Of a stretch of DNA of 37,301 bases, positions 20,703 to 30,036 are shown one piece after another; position 1 is the first letter of the stretch; every line of letters starts with the position of its first letter. The notes under the pieces were generated by a model that worked only from the letters and a program-made list of their open reading frames with translations, did not search any database and was not told the DNA's origin. This stretch comes from Cyanophora paradoxa CCMP329 (lineage: Eukaryota > Plantae > Glaucophyta), in contig QPMI01000377.1 in the NCBI GenBank assembly GCA_004431415.1, positions 1 through 37,301 on the forward strand. The letters are read 5' to 3'. The position numbers and the translations under genes are program-made.

Positions 20703-20866
20703 TGTTTTTTACTTTGCGACACAGTATTAGATAGCTGTTACGTAATGAGGAATGGGGGGCTTGACCCCCTGCTTGTTCTCTTTAGCTATAGAAACCTGTT
20801 TTTTTTCTTCTATGCGACATTGTATCAGATAATATAGATGTTATGTAATGAGGAGCGGGGGACTTG
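20703..20866. repeat. Diverged AT-rich tandem duplication (~60-70 bp units)
   Basis: TGCGACA..GTAT.AGATA...TGTTA.GTAATGAGGA..GGGGG.CTTG occurs at 20703-20763 and 20797-20866. Confidence 0.6.
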
Positions 20867-21914
20867 CAAAAATTGCCGCAGTGCCCCCCCTGTTTGTCAC
20901 AGTGTTCTCGTTAGAAACTCCGGATCGGAGTCCTTCTTCGTGTCCGTTACCGTAGTACCTCCGATGCGTAGTTCTCGCATCATGATCACGTGATCCCTTT
21001 TTCATACCGTAGTACCATGATAGAAGCACAGATTTGGAGACTCGCTTGTTCTCTTCCATTTGTCGATGATTTGGAGACTCGCTTGCACATGTTCTAGATC
21101 TCGAGCTTCCTTTTCGATCGAGCTAGCGATATAGCTAGAGAACATGCCATGATGTACAAGAGCATAAAAGAGACAAGGAGATTTATAGCTAGTGCGCTTC
21201 GAGACCTGCTCGAGCGCTCGCGATTCGAGTACTAGTTGAGTCGACGTCGACGTCGCGGCCGCGTCGACGTCGACCGTCGGACGTCGGCCGGCGCCGCGAA
21301 CGCATGCGCAGCGCGCGCGCGGACTAATGCTCTGCGCGCGCATGCGGCCTCCGATCGCTGCTGGCCATATGCATGGCAGCGTTGGCGCTTGCGCTTCCGA
21401 AAGTTGGCCATGGCGGCGGGTACGCGTGCAATTTCGCGGTGACTGTACCCCGACCTCGACGTCCTTTTTGACCCGCGCCCAGCGACCGGCGGCCCAGCGC
21501 TGTCGACGTCGTGGAGGAGCAAATTTCGCACCTTCTCCACCCGTGTGATAACCGCGGCGTGGCCGGCGCCCCCGAGCACGCGGCCGCCGCTGCCGGCCAG
21601 GGCCCGCTGCGGTGGGGAGTCCGTGCATCTCAGAGAGCACCGCCGACGGCCCTCCTGCGCCGCGGAGCCCGCAGCAGTCGGCCGCGGGTCGCGTCAGCGC
21701 GGCGGCCGCGCTCCGCCCCTCCGCGCCGGACGGACGCCGAACATCATCCGCTTGGAGGCGTCGAGCGAGCGTCTGGACGCCGCCGGCGTCACCGACCAAG
21801 TGTGCGTACGCCCGTCTTTCGATGGCGCCACAAGCCTCGGCCGAAGCCCGCCACGCCCGGCAACGCTGCCCTCACGGAAGCCCGCGCAGGAACGAGTGAC
21901 AAAGGCCGCCCGCG

Positions 21915-24900
21915 ATGCAGGCGCTGGTCCGCGGGATAGCTGGAGCGGCCTCTGCCGCACGCGCCGGCCGCCTTGCGGCTCGCCGCGCGCCGTCCGCGCT
22001 CCGGCCGTTCCCATTTCCAAGCAAGCGCCTCATTTCGAGCTCGGCGGTGGCTGCTGCGGCGGCGCCTGCATTCTCCGCGCGGGGCATCTCGACGCGGGGC
22101 GCGGCGCGACGGGCGGCGGCGACGGCGGACGCCGCAGAGGACGAGGAGAACGAGGAGGAGGAGTACCAGGAGGAAGACGAGGCGGTGCATGTGGAGGAGC
22201 TGCGGGGCGCCGGCGTGGAGGACGAGCGGCGCGAGTGGGAGCGCGCCGCGCACGGCGTGCGGCGGAGCGAGACGCGGCGGTGGGAGCAGGGCGCCGGCCG
22301 CCCCGCCTCGCCCTCGACCGTGCGCGGCCTGTTCCTGCTCGGCCGCCCCGACGAGGCGCTCGCGCTGCTCGAGGCGCGGGCGCGGCGCGGGGAGGCGACG
22401 CCGCAGCAGCTGACGTGCGCCCTCGCCGGCCTGCGCGACGCCGGGCGGGGCGCCGAGGCGCGCGCTCTGCTCGAGCGCGCCGCCGCCGGCGGCTCGGGCC
22501 TCCCCGAGGCCCACCCCGTCCACTTCGCCGTCGTCGGTGCGCTGGGCGCCCCCGCCCGCCCGCCCGCGCGGCCCGCGGGGCGGCGGGCGACGCCGGCGGG
22601 GGGCGCAGCGTGGGGCCTGCTGGCGGCGGACCGGTTCGACGAGGCGGCCGCGCTCGTCGACCGCATGCTCGACGCCCTGCGCGGCGCGCCCCCGCCCCGC
22701 CCCCGCCGCCTCCCGCGCGCCCCGGGGCGCTGAGGGCGGGGGCAGGGGCCGGCCCGGCGACGGCGGAGCGGTACGACGCGGCGCTCTCCGCCTGCCGCGA
22801 CCTCGCCCTCCACCGCCTCTGGTCCCCGCCCCGCCCCGCCCCGCCCCGGCCTCCTGGGGCGACGTGGCGGCAGCGGGGCGGCGGGCCGGGCGCGGCTGGT
22901 GGCGGAGATGGAGCGGCTGGCGGACGAGGCCCTCTACGCCCGCGCCGCCTCCGGCCGCGCCGTCCAGCCCCTCGTCCGCCCCGCCCGCCCCGCCCGGCCC
23001 CGCCCCGCCCGTGCTCCTCGAGCGACGGGGCGGCAGCTGGAGCTGTACGGGGCGCTGGGGCGGCCGGACGAGGCGTACGCGCTGCTGCAGCGCTGCCGCG
23101 CCCACGCCGTCCTCCCCAACGCCCTCTTCTTCACCCGGCCCGCCCCGCCCGCCCCGCCCCCGGCCCCCCGCACGCTGACGCCGGGGCAGGCTGGTGAGCG
23201 GGGCGGCGGACGGGGGGCACTGGGAGGCCGGGGCCGGCTGGTGGCGCCTCATGTTCCAGCTCGGCGTCGAGCCCGACGGCGTCGCCTGGAGTCCGCACCC
23301 GCCCTGCGCCTCCGCGTCGCCCGCGACGCGGCGCTCTGACCGGCGCGGCAGACGCGTACCTGAAGCTGTGCCTGGCGTGCGCGGGGGAGGCGGCGGCGGA
23401 GTTCGGGCCCGAGCTCGCGGCCGCCGGCCTCCCGCGCGACGCCGCCGGCCTCGCCCGCCTCGTGCGGGCGGAGGCGGAGGCGCGCGGGCAGCCCTTCAGC
23501 GCCGTCGCCTACGGCACCCTCGTCCGCCCCGCCCGCTTCCCGCCCGCCCGGCAGGCCGCCGCCGACGCTCCCGCCCAGGTCTCGTTCTTCGTGGGGCAAG
23601 GGGCGCGCGCCGAGGCGCTGCACTGGCTGCGGGAGGCGCGGGCGGCGCGGCTGGCCGGCGGTTTCACGTACGGCCCGCTGCTGGCGGAGGCGCGGCGGAC
23701 GCAGGACGGGCCGGCGGCGGCAGCGCTGCTGGAGGCGATGGAGGAGGACGGCGTGGAGCTGACCCCCGACCTCGCCCTCCCCGCCCTCCGGGCCCGCCCC
23801 TTGCCCCGCGACGCCCCTCGCCGGCCCCGGGGCTCACCGGGTGCGGCGGGGCGGGGCGCAGGCCTTTGAGCTCGCCGGCATGCACGAGGAGGCCCTCCAG
23901 GTGGGACCCGCCCCCGCCCCCGCCCCGCCTCCGCCCGCCCGCCGCGCACCGCCTGACGTCCTCGCGCCAGGCCGTGGGGCGGCTGCTCGAGGGCGGGGCG
24001 CGGCACCCCATCAAGCCCTCCCACCTCGTCCCGTCTTCCGTCCGCCCGCCCAGCGCCCCCGCCCCGCCGCCGCTGACGCCGGGCCCGCAGGGACGCTTCG
24101 GGAGACGGGCTCGGAGGGCGGGGCGCGGTGGGCGCGGGCGCTCCTGCTCCACGCGGCGGCCGGCGGCGGGGGCGGCGGGGCGGCGGGCGGGGCCGGGCCT
24201 CTCGCCGGCGGCGCTGGCTGCGGGGTGGAGGCGGTGGGGGCGTGCGGGGGCCCGAGGCGGCGGGGCAGGCGCTGCGGGACGCGCTCGCCGCCTCGGGGCG
24301 GCCCCTCTTCGGGGGGCCGCCCTCGCCCTCGCCGCCGCCTGGGCCGCGCCGGCCGGCCCCTCGCCGACGCCCTCCGCGCTTCCCTCGACGCCGCCGCCGA
24401 CCGCCGCCTCCCGCCCCCCGCCCCTCCTTCTGGGTCCGCCGCCCCTCCCCGCCCCCGCCCTCTCCCGCTGGGCTGAGGGGCGGGAGCAGAAGGCGCTGGG
24501 GTCGCGGGCGCTGGCGGCGGGGCGGGGAGCGGCGGGAGGCGGCGCGGCTGCTGGCCCCGCCCTCCCGCTGACCTCCGCGCCGCCTGGGTCGACTCCCTCC
24601 GCGCCCTCGCCGGCCCCGCACCGCCCCTCGCCGCCGCCGCCTCCGCCCCTCCGGCCCCGAGGGCGGCCGCCTCGCCCGCGCCGCCTCTCCGCCGGCGCCG
24701 GCAGCGAGGGCGGCGCCGGCAGCTCGGGAGGCCCCGAGCCGTGCGGCAGCGCCGCGGGCCCGCGGGGCCGAGGTCGACGCCGCCGCGCGCGGCGGCGGCG
24801 AGCGCCGCCGCTGAGGGGCCCGAGCGGGCCCGAGCCGCCCCGCCGCGCCTCCCGCGCCGCCAGCGGCGCCCGCCCTTTCCCGCCGCCGCCGCTGCCGCCG

Positions 24901-25973
24901 CCGCCGGCGCGCCCTCCGCGCCGCCTCGCGCCCCTCCGACGGCGCCGACCCCCGCGCCCTCGCCGCCTTCTGTGCGCCGCGCCGCCCCCGCCGCCCACAT
25001 GGCGCCGCCTGACGGCCCGTGCAGTGGAACGGCTGGTGGGGAGGGGCGGGTGGAGGAGGCGGCGCGGGCGCTGGAGGGGCCCCGGGCCCCGCCCCCGCGC
25101 CCCTCTACGCCACCGCCCTCGCCGCCTGTGCCGCCGCCGCCCTCCACCCCGCCCGGTCCGGCCCCGCACTTCCCGCGCCCCGTCTCCCCGGCTCAGCCGG
25201 TGCGTGCGCAGGGCGAGCCGGAGCGCCGGGCGGCGCTGGCGGCCGCCGAGCGCCTCGCCGACCGCGCCGTCCGCGCCGGCCCCGCCGCGCCGCTGCCGCC
25301 GCCGCGCCCTCGTCCGCCCGCCCGCCCCGCCCGCCCCGCCCGTCCCTCACCATTTCTGACGTGCCGGTGACAGGCGGGGCTGTACGCGGGGCTGGGGCGC
25401 CACGCGGCGGCCTTCGCGCACGTGCGGCGCTGCCGCGGGCCGGCGCGCCCGCCGCCGCCGGCCCCTACGCCGCCGTCATCGCCGCCTGCGCGGCGCGCTC
25501 GCCGCCGGACTTCGCCGCCGGCCGCGCCGCGTGGCGCCTGCTGCGCGCCCAGCGGATCGCCCCGGACGAGGCCACCGCCCGTGCGGCTCTTCCCCGCCCC
25601 GCCCCGCCGCCCCGCCGCCGGCTGCTCTGAGGGGCGGGGCAGGGGCGATGCGGGCGCTCTGCCTGGCGTGCCCCGCGGAGGCGGCGAGGGACCCCGCGCT
25701 CGCCGCCGAGCTCGCCCGCCTCGCCCGGCCCCGGTCCGCCCCCGCTCCAGCCCCGCCCCCGCCCCGGCCCCGCCGACGCTCGCCCCCACGCAGGCGTCGG
25801 CCCCCGAGCAGCAGCAGCAGCAGCAGCAGACGCAGCAGACGCAGCAGGAGCAGGCTCGGGCCTCGCCCGGGGCGGCGCGCTCGGGCTCCCCGCCGGAGCG
25901 GAGGGCCGAGCTCGAGGCCGAGCGCCCCGCGAGGGCGGCCGTGAGGCCCCAGCGCGTGGCGGCCGCCATGTAG
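21915..25973 (+). CDS. Pentatricopeptide-repeat (PPR) protein, probably mitochondrial, multi-exon
   Basis: Arg/Ala/Ser-rich presequence (MQALVRGIAGAASAARAGRLAARR...). PPR-like units include AERYDAALSAC, LMFQLGVEPDGVAW..YLKLC, FTYGPLL...ALLEAMEEDGVELTP, LYATALAACA and YAAVIAACA...AWRLLRAQRIAPDEAT. Confidence 0.75.
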
Positions 25974-26001
25974 CACCCCCGCCCGCGCCCGCGCCTCTCC
26001 C

Positions 26002-26303
26002 TCGCGCCCCTCCATCGTCTGCTGCCGTCGGGGTTGCTGCAGCTGCGCCAGAGGGGCACGCCGTGTATTGTACCATAGCCAGTTCCTTGTGTTCACTCGG
26101 TTGATGTATTCAAATCGATTTCTGTAGTCTGTTGCAAATGCTGTACATGTCGCGCCCCTCCATCGTCTGCTGCCGTCGGGGTTGGTGCAGCTGCGCTGGG
26201 CGCCTGAGGGGCACATGTGCACCGTGTATTGTACCATAGCCTTATTCACTCGGTAGATGTGTTCAAATCGATTTTTGTAGTCTGTCACAATTGCTGTACA
26301 TGT
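26002..26303. repeat. Tandem duplication (~150 bp) downstream of the PPR stop codon
   Basis: Units 26002-26149 and 26150-26303 share TCGCGCCCCTCCATCGTCTGCTGCCGTCGGGGTTG...CCGTGTATTGTACCATAGCC...TTCAAATCGATTT.TGTAGTCTGT...TGCTGTACATGT. Confidence 0.85.
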
Positions 26304-26432
26304 GCCACGGTGCAAGAAGCGCTCGCTCCTCGAGCTCTTTGTTCTAGATCTGGCAATGGCCAAGCCGCGCTAGCGCTCATTCCACCCCCCTCCCCCTCCC
26401 CCCCCAACGAGCCCCCCGTACGCGAATTCGTG

Positions 26433-27952
26433 ATGGTGGGCTTCGCAGCCTTCGCTGGGCCATGCATACGCGCTCCCGGACTGATCGGAGAGAGCGTGAC
26501 AGCGAATCACGAGCCATCCAGCACATGCGCCCTCGCACGAGCGACCACGGCGCCCGAGCGATGTCCGCGGCGAAGCCAGCCACGCTGGGAGCTTCGATCG
26601 CCGTCCGCCGGCGTTCCTCAGAGCAGGGAGCTCGCACGTAGATCGTACGTTGCCCCGCGCGTCCCGGGCGCCTGCCGCCCGCTGACCGCCGGGCGCCTCG
26701 CACGCGCAGGCCTAGGCCGCGAACGGACGCGCCGGTCGCAGCGCCAGTCTACCGCACGCCGCGCGTCATGTGCGACGCCGGAGCAGCAGCGAGCGCGTCT
26801 TCGAGCGGCGGCGGGGGCGGCGGGGGCGGCGGGCGCGTGTGGATCGTGGGGGCGGGCCCGGGCGACGCGGACCTGATCACTCTGCGGGGATTGCGGGCGC
26901 TGCGGGCCGCCGACGCGGTGGTGTACGACGCGCTCGCCTCGCCCGAGCTCCTCGACGAGAGCGCGCCCCGCCGCCCCGCGCGCGGATGCGGAGGCCTTGG
27001 CTGACCGCCGCCGCCGCGGGGCGTGAGCAGCGCGGGAGGGGTGCGAGCTGCACGCGGCGGGGAAGCGGGGCGGGGAGGAGTCGGCGGCGCAGGGGGAGAT
27101 CGACGCGCTGCTGGTGCGGCTGTGCCGGGCGGGGAAGCGCGTGGTGCGCCTCAAGGCCGGCGACCCGTTCGTCTTCGGACGCTCCCACTTCGAGGCCCGC
27201 CCCGCCCGCCCCGCTCCGGTCGCCCCGCCCACGGCCGCCCCTCAGTCCGAAGGGGCGCGCAGGCCGCCGCCCTCGCCGCCGCCGCCTGCCCTTCGAGGCC
27301 CGCCCCGCCCCGCCCATTCCCCGCCCCGCCCCTCACGCGCCGTAGATCGTGCCGGGGGTCTCGTCGGCGCTGGCGGCCCCCGCCCTCGCCGGCATCCCCC
27401 TCACCCACACCGAGCTCAGCCAGGTCGGCTCTGCCCACCCCATCCCGCCCGCGCCGGCTGCCGAGGCGGGACCGCGCGGGCAGAGCTTCGCGGTGGCGTC
27501 GGGGCACGACGTGGGGCGCTGGACCTGCCCGCCCTCGCCCGCATGGACGCCGCTGCCTTCCTCATGGCCGGCCGCGCCCTCCCGGCCCGCCCCGCCCGCC
27601 CCGCCGCCCCGCCCGCCCCGCCCGGCCTGACGGGCGCGCAGGAGCTGATGGAGGGGCTCGTGGGGGCCGGCCTCGACCCGGCGACCCCCGTCGCCGTCAT
27701 CCGCTGGGCGGGGCGCCCCGACCAGCGCGTGCGGCCCGCCCCCTCGCCCCCTCGCCCCCGATCGCCGAAGCCGACGTGGGCGGGTGCGGGGCGGGGCGGA
27801 GCCAGGTGTGGGAGGGGACGGCGGGGAGCATCGTGGGGGCGACGGCGGGTGAGCGCCTCTCGCCCTGCGTCGTCGTCGTCGGCCGCGTCGTCGCCCTCCG
27901 GGCCCTCTTCGCGCCCCCCGCACCCCAGCGCGAGGCCGAGGTGGGCGCCTAG
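26433..27952 (+). CDS. UPM1: Uroporphyrinogen-III C-methyltransferase (SUMT; siroheme branch) with plastid-type transit peptide
   Basis: Motifs [60 protein letters not shown]...[30 protein letters not shown]. First exon MVGFAAF... joins via intron 26645-26709. Two apparent single-base frameshifts are probably sequencing errors. Confidence 0.92.
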
Positions 27953-28268
27953 CGCGTGCCCGGCCCGCACACGAGCTCGATGACTGTCAATTTTCAATTT
28001 TCAGATGCGGGTGCAGTACTGCGGGCCCAACACTAGTGCGGGGTTAGATACCATGGCTAGTGCTGCAGGGCTGTCCAGGAGGCGCACAATCGACTTGGCA
28101 TTTCTGTATTTTTATTTTTATAGGGGTACGTGTCGCGAGTCGAGTTCGACCGAAATTTGGCCCGAATCAAAGTTGGCAGCGGAGCGGTATTCGTACCGGT
28201 GCACGTACGCGTGTGCGCGTGCATGTGGCACGTACGCGTGTGCGCGTGCATGAGTTTGTGATCGGCCC

Positions 28269-29483
28269 ATGCCATTCCAGTTGCCGTTAGTCTGGGTGTT
28301 GTTGGCCGCGTCCGGAGCATTGACCGCAGCAATATTCAGCTGCGCGCACATACGGTCAAAGGATATTCAAAGCGCTTTGCGGCTGCGCGTGCGAAATGCG
28401 GAACGTAAATCAGCGGAGAATGCGGATCTGGTCCGAACGAAAGACCAGGAGCTCAGCAAACTGCAAGAAGCAATGTGGCGAGTCAGCGAGGGGGCGCAGC
28501 TCCGCGAGCGAGCGCTCTCTTCCCAGCTTTGGGAGGAGCAGACAGGCAAGCGAAAGGTGTCCTCCCTGCTGTCGGAGGAGCAGCAGAAAGTGCGGCGCGA
28601 AACGCAAAAGCTGCAGCAGGCCCTCATGAAGCTGCAGCAGGCCCTCGCGAGCGTGAAATCCGAGAAGGAGCGGGCGGACGGCCTTGCGGAAACGCTCAGC
28701 TCGATGCGACAGCACAGCGTCCAACCGGACGCGGACCTCTTCGAGTGCTGCTGCGTGCGGGGCGACGTGGCCTCGTGCTCCGTGCCGCCCGACGTCGAAT
28801 TCGTGATTTTAGAGCGTCGTATTCCTGCACACTCTTTTATTCTGAAGGTCTGCCTGCGATGTATACTATGATATTCATATGTACGTAAACGACTGACTTT
28901 AATTCTGCTCAGCTTCGGAGTGAGTATTTTCGCACAATGCTCTCAGCAAAGGCGCGCGAAAATGCTCAGCTGCAGCTGAGTTCAAAACTTTATATTTGAT
29001 ATTTACTGGCTATATAGATGCGGGAGTCGGCGAGCGGGAGGATCGACGTGGCAGAGACGAGTGCCCAGGCTGTGCTCGCCCTCCTTCGCTTTTTATACAC
29101 GGGCGATCTTAAAGTGCGACATGCTTCATTGATATTTAAATATTATCAAACTTCAAGATGCAATTGCCTGATTCGCGCAGGTGGAAGCTAATAATGAAGA
29201 GGCGGCAGTGGAGCACACGCTATTGCAATTGCTGGAAGTGATGCGGGTCGGACACCGATATCGGCTTCTGCGGCTGGTGGACCTCGCGCTGGCGCGCGTG
29301 CTGCAGCTGCCGGCGGAGAGCGTCAACGAGGTCGCTGCCTTCGAAATCCAGGCCGTAGGGGAGGAGTTGGAACTCGAAGCCCTTGAAGATTTTGCGTCGC
29401 GCGCGCGAAATCGAACGACGTCGACGTCGCGCGCACCAATGACTTCGAATTCGCGCAATCTATGGCGATCCTCGTTGTTTTGA
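28269..29483 (+). CDS. BTB/POZ-domain protein with N-terminal hydrophobic segment and coiled coil
   Basis: PDVEFVILERRIPAHSFILK|LRSEYFRTMLSAK|MRESASGRIDVAETSAQAVLALLRFLYTGDLK|VEA...LLEVMRVGHRYRL matches the BTB consensus. Introns 28848-28912 and 28952-29017. Confidence 0.85.
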
Positions 29484-30036
29484 CGCTTTAAATAATTTCA
29501 TGATGCCATGATGATTAATGCTGATCATGAGAATATGCGCATGCTGAATTCTGATGTGTCGAATTCATACGGTCAGGCAGTCTTGAAATTGTACAAACTC
29601 ATAATTCGATCAGCTGAGGCTATTTCAAATTGAATGCTATCAGACAAGATATAGATATAGACAAGATAAAGCTCGCGCAAAAACAATCTTAATATTCTAG
29701 CTATAGTAATGAATTCTCGATCGGTTGCGTCGATCGGTCTGCTGAATTCGAACTTCGCTGATTTTTCGGCGGAAAATTTTTTAAAGGCGCGTAGAGGGGT
29801 TGATCATGACTTAGTACGTACGTAGGGCCACTAGGCTAAGACTGGTACTACAATTGCAACGGGCTACGGGTGGCCCAGGGGAGCGGCGGAGACGAATTTC
29901 GAATTCAATAAAAGCTTTTAGAAACAGCGTGTACGGTCCCGCGGTGATGAAGCCTACGAGGCGTATGCGAGGAACCCCGAGAGGAGCCCCGCTAGCGCTG
30001 GAGCCGCGCGGGCGGCTCCGAGGCGAGGCGGGTGGC

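Noticed and set aside
20703-20866. C/D-box snoRNA pair or CRISPR-like repeat
   Set aside because: ATGAGGA has no downstream CTGA box, and there are only two diverged units in a eukaryotic context.
21410-21899. TOM22/TOM9-like small protein
   Set aside because: The resemblance needs mixing of frames and there is no proper transmembrane segment.
27263-27530. Programmed frameshifting or pseudogenisation of SUMT
   Set aside because: The single-base losses fall in G/C-rich runs of an otherwise intact conserved gene, so long-read consensus error is more likely.
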